Positions 19,679 through 28,919 of a stretch of DNA of 64,000 nt are shown one piece after another (within the stretch, counting starts at the first letter, position 1; each line of letters begins with the position of its first letter). Made by a program: the position numbers and the translations under genes. Origin of the DNA: Rickettsiales bacterium (lineage in GTDB: Bacteria > Pseudomonadota > Alphaproteobacteria > Rs-D84); NCBI GenBank assembly GCA_031262525.1, contig JAISHM010000006.1:7880-71879 (forward strand), given 5' to 3'. Below the pieces are notes generated by a model. It was not told where the DNA came from. It made no database searches and saw only the letters and a list, made by a program, of their open reading frames with translations.

Positions 19679-20123
19679 CTGATTTTTCCGCGCACTCCAT
19701 ATTATCTGCTTCATTTAACTTGTCGCGTATAATCGTTGAAGATATTCCATCAGTATGCGGCAAGAAAAACACATTTACCCCCAGATTGGAAATTTTTTCA
19801 TTTTCTGCGGAAACATACGACAATTCTGGTTCATATCCACGATAATAAGTATCTGGATTATGACCATTATCCAATAACCATTTTATAAATTGAACGGCAT
19901 TATCTTCTACCAAGAAAACTTTATCAACACATCGTATTGCCTCTACAATTTTAAACCGGCTCAGTTCAGTTATAATAGGGGATTTATTTTTGTCGCGCAA
20001 TACAACATTATCAACATTTACCCCAGCAATTAAATAGTCACATCGTGATTTCGCATTGTTCAGCAGATTCAAATGCCCAATATGAAACATATCAAAAGTT
20101 CCGACAACGACGCCTACTTTCAT
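19665..20123 (-). CDS. cytidylyltransferase (TagD/glycerol-3-phosphate cytidylyltransferase-like)
   Basis: 152 aa with GTFDMFHIGHLNLL (HxGH) and HTDGISSTIIR (RTxGISTT-like) motifs. Confidence 0.75.
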   Translation of the reverse strand: MKVGVVVGTFDMFHIGHLNLLNNAKSRCDYLIAGVNVDNVVLRDKNKSPIITELSRFKIVEAIRCVDKVFLVEDNAVQFIKWLLDNGHNPDTYYRGYEPELSYVSAENEKISNLGVNVFFLPHTDGISSTIIRDKLNEADNMECAEKSDEKI

Positions 20124-20126
20124 TGT

Positions 20127-21092
20127 TTATACCTCTAGTTTCTTATTATTTGCTAAATTACGAACCATTGCCCACTGAGCCGCAGTCGGCAATGCGGTGT
20201 TATGTCCTGGTTGAACAAATACTTTTGGTAATTTATAAATATCGCCCCATACCATAAAAGCATAAGTTTCCATGTCATTTGGAAATGGTATTTTTTCACC
20301 CTCGAACTCAATAATTTGTAAGGGGTATATGGTATTATAATCGAAAACCTCGCCCAATTTGCTGATTGCAGAATGATGCGCCAGCCCGCCATTTTTAATA
20401 GGAGACATTCCCTTTCTGACATTATCATTAAATAATTTTTCTTCGGCTGTTATTACCCGCATAATCTTTTCCCATTTTTTTGCGCGAATGTCATCGGTAT
20501 CAGAATCAGTAATAATAATGCCACCGCGCGCAGATGTTGCGACACTGTCCGCCAAGAATGCGCCGTGATAATCTTTTTTGCGTATTTTATAATCTGCATA
20601 ATTTGTTGTATAATCTATTTTATCTGGCAATCTGGAAAACCGAAATATATCCAGGAATAACCCAGTTTTTTTATGTATTATCTTGAAAAAATTCCAGTAT
20701 TTTCCATATAAAATATCAAATTCTGCGTTTGGTAATTTGTCACGGAATAAAACAACCATTTTGTCCCAACTCTCATCGGTCAATGCGACATCTATGTCAT
20801 CATCAAATGGGATAAATCCATTATGACGCAGTTTCCCAATAATAGAACCACCAATTACAAAGTATTCCAGTTTATGTTTTTTACAAAATCGGTCAAATGC
20901 CATTAAAATAGACAGGTTTGCCATCTGGACCATACGGGGGTATCCACGCGCCGGCGGCAGTTTGGATATATCTGTCAGACGTTGTATTATTTCGGCTGGC
21001 GTTGCCACATCGGAACCCAAAGAACGAACTTTGTGCCGCAGTTTGCGAAATGGGATTGGTAAAGCCAACAATCTAAAAAATGTTTTTTTCAT
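20127..21092 (-). CDS. LicD-family phosphotransferase
   Basis: 321 aa. YFVIGGSIIGKLRHNGFIPFDDDIDVAL matches the LicD GG..lG..RH.GfIPwDDDiD signature. Confidence 0.7.
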   Translation of the reverse strand: MKKTFFRLLALPIPFRKLRHKVRSLGSDVATPAEIIQRLTDISKLPPARGYPRMVQMANLSILMAFDRFCKKHKLEYFVIGGSIIGKLRHNGFIPFDDDIDVALTDESWDKMVVLFRDKLPNAEFDILYGKYWNFFKIIHKKTGLFLDIFRFSRLPDKIDYTTNYADYKIRKKDYHGAFLADSVATSARGGIIITDSDTDDIRAKKWEKIMRVITAEEKLFNDNVRKGMSPIKNGGLAHHSAISKLGEVFDYNTIYPLQIIEFEGEKIPFPNDMETYAFMVWGDIYKLPKVFVQPGHNTALPTAAQWAMVRNLANNKKLEV

Positions 21093-21125
21093 TACAAAAT
21101 TTCTTTGTTTTATTTGATTTTACTA

Positions 21126-21156
21126 TAAAAATACGCGGTGGGATTTACCGCGTATT
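21126..21156 (-). terminator. rho-independent terminator after secB (palindromic, could act both ways)
   Basis: ATACGCGGT...ACCGCGTAT hairpin flanked by A- and T-runs, starting 2 nt after the secB stop. Confidence 0.6.
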
Positions 21157-21157
21157 T

Positions 21158-21583
21158 TTATTTTTTATTATTTTCTTCATACATTTTTGCAAAATCCACA
21201 GGTTGCATTGCAAACGCTGGGAATCCACTGTCGCCTGTCATACACATAATTATCGCGCGCACCGATGGGAATAATAAATTCGGAATATCTATCAACAATG
21301 TCCGTTTTGTATCTTCTTCGTCTTTCTTTTCTTCTATTTTTACCAATCCGGAATAAACAGATTCAATCATAAAGATAGATTTTTCGTCTGCTTCCAGTTT
21401 GCTGTGTAATTTAACAATTAAATCCACCATAAATACATCATTATCAGCACCCTTTATCTGGATATCCAGATTGATGTCCATTTTTGCAGCACCATTGTCT
21501 TGTTTGAAAAACAATTCTGGGACATTTGGGGACTCAAAAGAAAAATCTTTGAGAAATTGTGAAATCAGTTGAAACTTTGCCAT
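21158..21583 (-). CDS. secB: protein-export chaperone SecB
   Basis: MAKFQLISQFLKDFSFESPNVPELF... is a typical SecB N-terminus. AGGAG lies upstream of the ATG at 21583; the ORF-track TTG at 21634 is less likely. Confidence 0.85.
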   Translation of the reverse strand: MAKFQLISQFLKDFSFESPNVPELFFKQDNGAAKMDINLDIQIKGADNDVFMVDLIVKLHSKLEADEKSIFMIESVYSGLVKIEEKKDEEDTKRTLLIDIPNLLFPSVRAIIMCMTGDSGFPAFAMQPVDFAKMYEENNKK

Positions 21584-21645
21584 TAAAAAACTCCTTTGTT
21601 TATGATAATATAACACATAAAGATTAAATTTCAAGAGAGGATATA

Positions 21646-22731
21646 ATGAAAATAAATATCTGTGTCGTTTTGTCTGTTTTAACCCTGTTATTTATGGCGG
21701 GCTGCGGGGATTTAACCGAAACACGTGATTATCGCACTGGGGATTCGGCGCAAATCCCATCAAACCTTAAAAAAGTATCATATTCTAATGTTCCTGGCTG
21801 GGACGAAGACGACCATCGGTATGCGCTGGCGGCATTTCGCAATACCTGTGCGGCGCGGTTGCAATATCGGGGGCGTGTTGTGCCAGATAAACAATTACTG
21901 GATGAGAAATGTCAAATTTTACCATCTGCGTCTATATCACAAAGCGGTGCAAAAAAATGGTTTATGGAAAACTTTGCCCCATATCAGGTTTTTGATGATA
22001 GTGGTAAAAAGACAGGGACATATACGGGATATTATTCGCCAGTGATTGACGCCTGTACACATAAAACAGACAAATGTAATGAACCACTGCTGGGGATTCC
22101 AACAAACGGGCAAACTTTCAAGGGAATTCCAAAGAAAACAATTGTGCAAAACAATATCGGGCGCGTTCTGTATTGGGCAAACATTGTTGATGTCCAAAAT
22201 ATGCAAATTCAGGGCAGCGGAATGTTAAAATTGGAAAATGGCGATTTGGTAAAATTAAACTTTGCGGCGGTAAATGATATGCCTTTTCGTTCAATTGGTG
22301 ACCAATTAAAACAACGCGGTATTCGCCCAGATGGTGGTTATTCTTCGGACGCAGTTTGGACATACTTGAAAAAAAATCCATCACTGGCGCGTGATGTGAT
22401 TTATAATAATCCGCGATATGTTTATTTTAAGCCTGCGCAAAGCCACGATGTTATTGGAAAAATCGGAACGCCGCTGACAAAAATTCGCAGTATTGCAATG
22501 GACGATTCAATTTATACAATTGGATTACCGGTGTTTATAAATACTAATCTGTCTGTTGACGGGCGTAAGTTTCGTCGTTTAATGGTTGCCCAAGATACTG
22601 GCAGTGCGATACGCGGCTGGATTCGCGCCGACATATTTTTCGGCAGCGGGATTGATGCTTATAAATATGCGCACGGACAACATGCCCAGGGCGAAATATA
22701 TATTCTGATACCAAAACCATATGGAAAATAA
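21646..22731 (+). CDS. mltA: membrane-bound lytic murein transglycosylase A
   Basis: Lipobox LFMAGC. MltA-type GYYSPV region. C-terminal 3D domain AQDTGSAIRG..RADIFFGSG. Confidence 0.8.
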   Translation: MKINICVVLSVLTLLFMAGCGDLTETRDYRTGDSAQIPSNLKKVSYSNVPGWDEDDHRYALAAFRNTCAARLQYRGRVVPDKQLLDEKCQILPSASISQSGAKKWFMENFAPYQVFDDSGKKTGTYTGYYSPVIDACTHKTDKCNEPLLGIPTNGQTFKGIPKKTIVQNNIGRVLYWANIVDVQNMQIQGSGMLKLENGDLVKLNFAAVNDMPFRSIGDQLKQRGIRPDGGYSSDAVWTYLKKNPSLARDVIYNNPRYVYFKPAQSHDVIGKIGTPLTKIRSIAMDDSIYTIGLPVFINTNLSVDGRKFRRLMVAQDTGSAIRGWIRADIFFGSGIDAYKYAHGQHAQGEIYILIPKPYGK

Positions 22732-23047
22732 AAAAATAAATTTTACACAACGACGCGGGTATCCCCAAACTATGGGGGCGGTATTTGGTGGATTTTTATC
22801 GTTGTTTGGTGTTCGCGCGGGGGCATCTGATTTGTCAGAGCGATGGGGTGAAATTGTTGGTGATGAGTTATCTAAAATTGCAACATTGTATGGAATTCGC
22901 GCATTAAAAAACAAACAATTTAATATAACTTTGCGTGCGATAAACCCGGCGGCAAAAACAGAATTATCATATAGGTTGCCAGAATTTTCTGTGAAAATAA
23001 ATCATTACTTTGGATATGATGCGGTGGCAAAAATTACAATCCGTTAA
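22721..23047 (+). CDS. DUF721/DciA-like protein
   Basis: 108 aa. W.EIVGDEL...L.L.A.NPAAKTELSY...IN..FG fits the DUF721 pattern. Confidence 0.55.
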   Translation: MENKKINFTQRRGYPQTMGAVFGGFLSLFGVRAGASDLSERWGEIVGDELSKIATLYGIRALKNKQFNITLRAINPAAKTELSYRLPEFSVKINHYFGYDAVAKITIR

Positions 23048-23519
23048 ATCGCGACATATTGCTGTGCGCCAGGGCAATTGCGATTGCGTCCGCTTCGTCA
23101 GCGGTTTTTGGGGTTGCCGCGGGCAGTAAAATTTTTATCATTTTTGCAACCTGTGTTTTATCCGCATGGCCGGCCGCAGAAATTGCTTTTTTAATTTTAT
23201 TTGGTTCATATTCATAGACTGGGATTTTTTTTATCCCAACCGCAACCATCGCCGCCGCGCGCGCATGCCCCAACAATAATGTGCTGGTCGGATTTTTATT
23301 TACAAATGTAATTTCAATTGCACACTCATTTGGCGCAAAGTCATCACAAATTTTTGATACCGAATTAAAAATTTCTGATAATCTGTCCGCCAAGGATAAT
23401 TTTTGATTTGGCAAAACAACCCCGCTGGCAATATATTCGCGCGAACTGCCATTCATATCAACAATTGCCCAGCCAGTGTGTAAAAGTCCAGGGTCAATAC
23501 CGATTATTCTTCTTTTCAT
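23034..23519 (-). CDS. ruvC: crossover junction endodeoxyribonuclease RuvC
   Basis: IIGIDPGLLHTGWAIVD N-terminus and C-terminal DEADAIAIALAH. Confidence 0.92.
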   Translation of the reverse strand: MKRRIIGIDPGLLHTGWAIVDMNGSSREYIASGVVLPNQKLSLADRLSEIFNSVSKICDDFAPNECAIEITFVNKNPTSTLLLGHARAAAMVAVGIKKIPVYEYEPNKIKKAISAAGHADKTQVAKMIKILLPAATPKTADEADAIAIALAHSNMSRFNGL

Positions 23520-23569
23520 ATTAAAAGAGTACCCAATAAAGTATAATCTGTAAAGAAAAAATACTGATT

Positions 23570-23593
23570 AAACAAAACGGCGCATTGCGCCGC
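23570..23593 (-). terminator. rho-independent terminator after ligase paralog B
   Basis: On the minus strand, CGGCGC-AAT-GCGCCG is followed by TTTTGTTT. Confidence 0.6.
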
Positions 23594-23599
23594 TTTGTC

Positions 23600-25180
23600 T
23601 TACTCTTTACGATTTGGGTAATCGCCTGCTTGCAATTTTTCACGCACCACATGGTGTTTGATTTTTTGTGTTCCAGACAATGGTAATTCATCTGTTGTCA
23701 TCGCAAAGTGCGTAACCCATTTATAACTGGCTACTTTTTTATTTGCATGCATAATTGACTTCATCAGTTTATCCATCGTTGTGCCGTTTTCTACTTGAAA
23801 TACGCCGTATGATACGGTTTTATTTTTTACACGATGTTCAAACACTGCGACATTTTTTACGAATGGGATTTTCATAAACAAGGCCTCTAATTCATCTGGA
23901 TAAACATTTTTTCCAGAATCCAAAACAATCACTTGTTTTTGCCGTCCATGAAAATGCAATTCGCCGTTTTTATCCATTGATACCAGGTCGCCTGTGTTAA
24001 AAAATCCGCGTTCATCAAAGGCATTTTGATTAGCCTCGTCATTGGCTAAATATCCGCCAAAAACCTGATGCCCGCGCAACCATAAAACACCGATACCTTC
24101 TTCGTTTTTGCATCTGATTTCAACCTCGTTATTAGTAATCGGTCCGCCAAACGCAAATGGTTTTCTGTGTTTTACTGGTTTGGAAATACAGATTGGTCCA
24201 ACCGTTTCTGTCAGTCCGTATCCCTGGATAAAGGTCAATCCCAGACGTTCGTAAAATGTTTCAACCTCTGGCTTTACCGCAGCGCCACCTGCGACCAACA
24301 GGCGCGCACGACCACCAAATACTTTCAATACTGGTTCTTGAATTTTGCGCAATAAAAATCCTAATCCCAGTTTTTGGAAAATATGTCCGTATTTCAGAAC
24401 AAACGATGCCAACCACCATATTTTCTTTTCTTTCAGAGTAGTTATAATTTTATTGCGGAATACTTCCCATAAACGTGGGACCGCTGGAATAATTTGCGGG
24501 CGGTATTTTGCAAAGTCCGACAAAATATCCTTTGGATTGACAGTCGGTTGTAATAAAACATTTGCGCGATAGTGTATAGTCGCCAGAATTTCTACCGCAA
24601 ACCCAAACACATGATACATTGGTAAAAATCCATATAGCGTATCACCACGATTGAGCCACGCACTCATATCATCCAGGGATTCTGCACATTCCACCAAATT
24701 ATAGTGTGTCAGTGGAACAATTTTTGGCACGCCGGTCGTTCCCGATGTAAAGGATAATGTCGCGATATCTTCGGATGATACAGACGCAACCTTTGGATAA
24801 GTTTTTGGTTTTTCATCTGTTTCGGTAATATCATAAAACTTAAACTTTGCTGATTTATAGAAAAAACTTTTTTCCGCCAAAACCAATTTTGTTTTGGTCA
24901 GTTTTGTCATATTATCATATTCAAACGGGGTTAAATTTGTATCCAGCAATAACACCTGGGCCCCCAGATACCATATTGCAAATAATGATAATGGAAATGA
25001 CGGAATGTTATGTGCCAGAACACCAACAACACTACCCTGTTTTACCCCCAACGATTCCAATGTTGCGGCGCGATTTTTCACCATTGTGAAAAAGTTTGCG
25101 TATGTTATATTTTCACGCGTCAGGAACAATTCGTTCGGGGCGTCTGCCACCGCCTGTTCCAGATATTTATACATATTCAT
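23600..25180 (-). CDS. AMP-dependent synthetase/ligase (acyl-CoA synthetase-like), paralog B
   Basis: 526 aa with TSGTTGVPK, GYGLTE, TGDLVS and SGKN. Collinear with 12666-14228, roughly half of residues identical by eye. Confidence 0.8.
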   Translation of the reverse strand: MNMYKYLEQAVADAPNELFLTRENITYANFFTMVKNRAATLESLGVKQGSVVGVLAHNIPSFPLSLFAIWYLGAQVLLLDTNLTPFEYDNMTKLTKTKLVLAEKSFFYKSAKFKFYDITETDEKPKTYPKVASVSSEDIATLSFTSGTTGVPKIVPLTHYNLVECAESLDDMSAWLNRGDTLYGFLPMYHVFGFAVEILATIHYRANVLLQPTVNPKDILSDFAKYRPQIIPAVPRLWEVFRNKIITTLKEKKIWWLASFVLKYGHIFQKLGLGFLLRKIQEPVLKVFGGRARLLVAGGAAVKPEVETFYERLGLTFIQGYGLTETVGPICISKPVKHRKPFAFGGPITNNEVEIRCKNEEGIGVLWLRGHQVFGGYLANDEANQNAFDERGFFNTGDLVSMDKNGELHFHGRQKQVIVLDSGKNVYPDELEALFMKIPFVKNVAVFEHRVKNKTVSYGVFQVENGTTMDKLMKSIMHANKKVASYKWVTHFAMTTDELPLSGTQKIKHHVVREKLQAGDYPNRKE

Positions 25181-25278
25181 TTTGTTTTACCTTTACTTGT
25201 ATTCGCGATTTGCGAATAAAATTCCTTTGTTTTTTATATTGAACGGGTCTATTATAATAAAAATAAAAGGAATATCAA

Positions 25279-26052
25279 ATGAAGATTTTAACATTAAATA
25301 TCAACTCTATCCGCGCGCATATTGAATCATTTATCGCTATTTTGGAAAGCGGTGAATATGATACAATTTTGGTCCAGGAATTAAAAGTTGAAACAAATTT
25401 ATTTCCATCTATTTTATTTGACCATCTGGGGTATAATTTTCGCGTTTTTGGGCAAAAATCGTGGAATGGGGTCGCAGTGTTTTCTAAATTTTCTATCGAG
25501 GATTTTGCGCGCGGACTGCCAAATTATCCAGATACTAACGCCCGTATGACCGAATGTGTGATTGACGGAAAATTGCGCGTGATAAATGTTTATATGCCAA
25601 ATGGAGAAGCGATAGATAGCCCAAAATTCCCATATAAAATTGAATGGATGAATCATTTTACAAAACATATTGCTCCATTATTAAATAGTGACGAGCCTGT
25701 CATAATCGGCGGAGATTTTAATGTTGCAATAACGGATGCAGACATTTGGAATCCAAAACAATACGAAGGCAGCAGTATTTCCGCACCCGCCGCACGCGAA
25801 ATTATGCAAAAATGGTTGAATGATGGGTGGTCTGATTCTTATCGGCGTTTTAATCCAGATGCTACAAAGCCTTGGACTTGGATTGGGTACCGCGGAAATT
25901 CTTTGCAAAAAAATGATGGATTGCGCCTTGATTATTTTCTGGCAAATTATGCGGCGCAAAAACTGATTAAAAGTTGCGACATTGACCCACGACCACGAAA
26001 CGCTATAAAACCAACCGACCATTTGGGATTGTTTTTGGAGATTGGTGGGTAG
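25279..26052 (+). CDS. xth: exodeoxyribonuclease III
   Basis: 257 aa. MKILTLNINSIRA, QELK, GGDFNV and DHLG motifs of the EEP/Xth family. The last codons and the TAG stop lie in the repeat arm. Confidence 0.9.
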   Translation: MKILTLNINSIRAHIESFIAILESGEYDTILVQELKVETNLFPSILFDHLGYNFRVFGQKSWNGVAVFSKFSIEDFARGLPNYPDTNARMTECVIDGKLRVINVYMPNGEAIDSPKFPYKIEWMNHFTKHIAPLLNSDEPVIIGGDFNVAITDADIWNPKQYEGSSISAPAAREIMQKWLNDGWSDSYRRFNPDATKPWTWIGYRGNSLQKNDGLRLDYFLANYAAQKLIKSCDIDPRPRNAIKPTDHLGLFLEIGG

Positions 26053-26130
26053 TGCTGGTGGGTAGTGCTTGTGGTTAGTGATGGTGGTTAGTGCTTAGTG
26101 GCTGGTAAATTTGTCCATTATAAAGGACAA
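26042..26130. repeat. palindromic repeat element: left arm made of about five 13-nt units (GGTGGNTAGTGNT) plus core 1
   Basis: GGTGGGTAGTGCT GGTGGGTAGTGCT TGTGGTTAGTGAT GGTGGTTAGTGCT TAGTGGCTGGTAA, then the core TTGTCCATTATAAAGGACAA (26111-26130). Confidence 0.85.
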
Positions 26131-26234
26131 GTTTTTTAATCTGTAAATTTGTTATTTATAATCTTATAAACAAGAACAAAATTTTCATCATACTGGCACA
26201 GGATTGCAAGAACCGGTATCCAGGAATTTTATTG

Positions 26235-26254
26235 TTGTCCATTATAAAGGACAA
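26235..26254. repeat. isolated copy of the 20-bp palindromic core
   Basis: TTGTCCATTATAAAGGACAA is identical to the cores at 26111 and 26843. Confidence 0.8.
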
Positions 26255-26298
26255 CGATATCCTTGTTTATACAACTATTACTTATCGTGTATTATAAC

Positions 26299-26369
26299 TT
26301 GTCCTTTATAAAGGACACCCAACTTCTAATTACCAATACTAATCCATAGCACTATTCACCAACACTAAT
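26299..26369. repeat. palindromic repeat element: core 3 plus C/A-rich right arm
   Basis: TTGTCCTTTATAAAGGACA followed by CCCAACTTCTAATTACCAATACTAATCCATAGCACTATTCACCAACACTAATT. The arm encodes the last five residues (ISVGE) and the stop of tsaE on the minus strand. Confidence 0.8.
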
Positions 26370-26759
26370 TCGTAATTTTCGCCCCAAACCAAATTCGGTT
26401 ATATAAATATGAATTGTGTTTTCGGGTAAAAATTCGGACGCAATTTCTGGCCATTCAATCAGAGTAATATCATTTGCGATGGCGTGTTGCATACCAATCT
26501 CGGTCAATTCGGAAATATCTGAAATCCTGTATAAATCAAAGTGAGAAATTCCATCATAATTTTGCACGATTGTAAATGTCGGACTGGGGACAATCGTGTC
26601 CGCACCGCGCAACTCTTGGATAATCGCGCGCGCGATTTCTGATTTTCCCATACCCAAATCCCCGTGCAAGGCAACCACCACCGGCGCACACAGAGTTCGC
26701 GCAAATCCCCGCGCCCAATTTTTTGTTGATTCAATATCTTCCAAAATAACTTCTTTCAT
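26352..26759 (-). CDS. tsaE: tRNA t6A37 biosynthesis ATPase TsaE
   Basis: 135 aa. LHGDLGMGKSEIARAI P-loop and SPTFTIV, typical of YjeE/TsaE. Confidence 0.85.
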   Translation of the reverse strand: MKEVILEDIESTKNWARGFARTLCAPVVVALHGDLGMGKSEIARAIIQELRGADTIVPSPTFTIVQNYDGISHFDLYRISDISELTEIGMQHAIANDITLIEWPEIASEFLPENTIHIYITEFGLGRKLRISVGE

Positions 26760-26842
26760 TATATAACCCTAATCCATAATCTATATTATTATTATTATCA
26801 TTATTATAATTATTACATTTATTATAATTCAGTATTTCTTAC

Positions 26843-26899
26843 TTGTCCATTATAAAGGACAACCAACACTAATCCCCAGCACCAGCCACTAACACTAAT
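26843..26899. repeat. palindromic repeat element: core plus right arm
   Basis: TTGTCCATTATAAAGGACAA then CCAACACTAATCCCCAGCACCAGCCACTAACACTAA. The left side (26761-26842) is an AT-rich TAAT/TATT tract rather than a G/T arm. Confidence 0.8.
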
Positions 26900-26905
26900 T
26901 TATGC

Positions 26906-28915
26906 TTACTCTAATAACAACAAATCATCTTCCATTTGTTTAATTTGGTCGCGCAGTTCGGTTGCGTGCTCGAACTCTAAATTTTCTGCCAACTTAAACA
27001 TTTTTTTGCGCAATGTTTTGATTTCTTTCTCCAATGTTCCGCGGTCCAAAACCCCACCATTTTTATTATATACAAACTGACGCTTTTTATCTGTTTTTTC
27101 ATCCTTATCGCCGACTTCGGCAAATATGGATTTTATAATTGTCTTTGGAACTATGCCGTGTTTTTTATTATAAGCCATTTGTATAGAACGACGGCGTGCG
27201 GTCTCGTCAATGGCCGTCTGCATAGATTCCGTTATTTTATCCGCATACATAATTACGCGTCCGTTTGCGTTTCGCGCCGCACGCCCAATCGTCTGAATCA
27301 GCGAACGAGCGCTGCGTAAAAAACCTTCCTTGTCAGCGTCCATAATCGCAACCAATTCGCATTCGGGGACATCCAGTCCTTCGCGCAGTAAATTTATTCC
27401 GACCAAAACATCAAACTTTCCCATACGCAATTCACGCAGTAATTCAATGCGTTCCAGAGTTTCGATGTCCGAGTGTAAATATCGCGCACGCACCCCGTGT
27501 TCGGTTAAATAATCGGTCAATTGCTCTGCCATTTTTTTTGTTAGGGTTGTAACCAAAACGCGCCCCGATATTTTCTTTATATTTTCCAATAAATCATCAA
27601 CTTGATTTTTTGTTGGGTGAATTTCAATTTCTGGGTCCAACAGACCAGTTGGACGAATAACCTGTTCGGCGACAATGCCACCCGCCGCATTCATTTCCCA
27701 ATCTGCGGGTGTGGCGGACACAAATATAGTTTGTGGTCGCATCGCATCCCATTCATCAAAAGACAACGGACGATTGTCTGCGCAACTTGGTAGACGAAAA
27801 CCATATTCAGATAATGACTTTTTTCGCGCCGCGTCGCCTTTACCCATTGCGCCAATTTGCGGCACGGTCACATGACTTTCATCAACGAATAATATAGCAT
27901 CCGTGGGCAGATATTCAAACAAAGTTGGTGGTGGTTCCCCGGGTTTTCGTCCAGACAAATACCTGGAATAATTTTCAATTCCGCGACAAATTCCGGTTGA
28001 TTCCATCATTTCAATGTCAAAACCTGTGCGCTCGCGCAGGCGCTGTTCTTCCACATATTTTTGCGCGTCCTTGAAAAAATCCAATCGCGATGCTAAATCT
28101 TTTTTTATTTCGCCGATTGCTTGTAATACGGTTGGCATTGGCGTCGCATAATGGGTATTTGGATAAATCGCAATTCGGTCCAACTTTTTTAATTTACCAC
28201 CGGTCAGAGTATCAAATTCCCAAATTTCTTCCACCATATCGCCAAAGAAAGAAACCTTCCACCCGCGGTCCATAGAGTGTGATGGAAAAATATCCAAAGT
28301 ATCGCCACGAACACGAAAATCCCCGCGCCCGAACGCTGTATCGTTTCTTTCGTATTGGATATTTACCAACCCACGCATAATTTCTTTGATATTAGTTTTG
28401 TCCCCAACCGACACAATCATTTTCATCTTCATATATTGTTCGGGGGAACCCATACCATAAATAGACGATACCGATGACACAACAATAACATCGCGCTCTT
28501 CCAGCATTGCGCGCGTTGCCGAGTGTCTCATTCGGTCCAGTTGGTCGTTGATTGACGCGTCCTTGTCAATATAGGTGTCTGTTGTTGGCATATACGCCTC
28601 GGGCTGATAATAATCATAATAAGAAACAAAGTATTCTACATGATTTTCTGGGAAAAATGATTTCATTTCTGTATAAAGTTGTGCCGCCAAAATCTTATTG
28701 GGCGCCATAATCAGGGTGGGGCGCCCCAATTCCGCGATAACATTCGCCATTGTAAAAGTCTTACCCGTGCCGGTCGCCCCCAGTAAGACCTGATTTCGTT
28801 GTCCTTGCTGGACCCCAACAACCAAATCACGAATTGCATCGGGCTGGTCCCCACTGGGAATATAATCACTGCTAAGATTAAATATTTTTTTATTCACCAA
28901 TTTAATATAATTCAT
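26906..28915 (-). CDS. uvrB: excinuclease ABC subunit B
   Basis: [28 protein letters not shown] Walker A, DESH box, and C-terminal UVR domain ([11 protein letters not shown]). The start is set at MNYIKLV (28915); the 66-aa upstream extension in the ORF track is hydrophobic and unlike UvrB. Confidence 0.93.
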   Translation of the reverse strand: MNYIKLVNKKIFNLSSDYIPSGDQPDAIRDLVVGVQQGQRNQVLLGATGTGKTFTMANVIAELGRPTLIMAPNKILAAQLYTEMKSFFPENHVEYFVSYYDYYQPEAYMPTTDTYIDKDASINDQLDRMRHSATRAMLEERDVIVVSSVSSIYGMGSPEQYMKMKMIVSVGDKTNIKEIMRGLVNIQYERNDTAFGRGDFRVRGDTLDIFPSHSMDRGWKVSFFGDMVEEIWEFDTLTGGKLKKLDRIAIYPNTHYATPMPTVLQAIGEIKKDLASRLDFFKDAQKYVEEQRLRERTGFDIEMMESTGICRGIENYSRYLSGRKPGEPPPTLFEYLPTDAILFVDESHVTVPQIGAMGKGDAARKKSLSEYGFRLPSCADNRPLSFDEWDAMRPQTIFVSATPADWEMNAAGGIVAEQVIRPTGLLDPEIEIHPTKNQVDDLLENIKKISGRVLVTTLTKKMAEQLTDYLTEHGVRARYLHSDIETLERIELLRELRMGKFDVLVGINLLREGLDVPECELVAIMDADKEGFLRSARSLIQTIGRAARNANGRVIMYADKITESMQTAIDETARRRSIQMAYNKKHGIVPKTIIKSIFAEVGDKDEKTDKKRQFVYNKNGGVLDRGTLEKEIKTLRKKMFKLAENLEFEHATELRDQIKQMEDDLLLLE

Positions 28916-28919
28916 TATA

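Noticed and set aside
26044-26108. Tandem 13-nt repeats considered as a CRISPR-like or minisatellite array.
   Set aside because: The units are contiguous with no spacers and form one arm of a larger inverted-repeat element. No cas genes are present.
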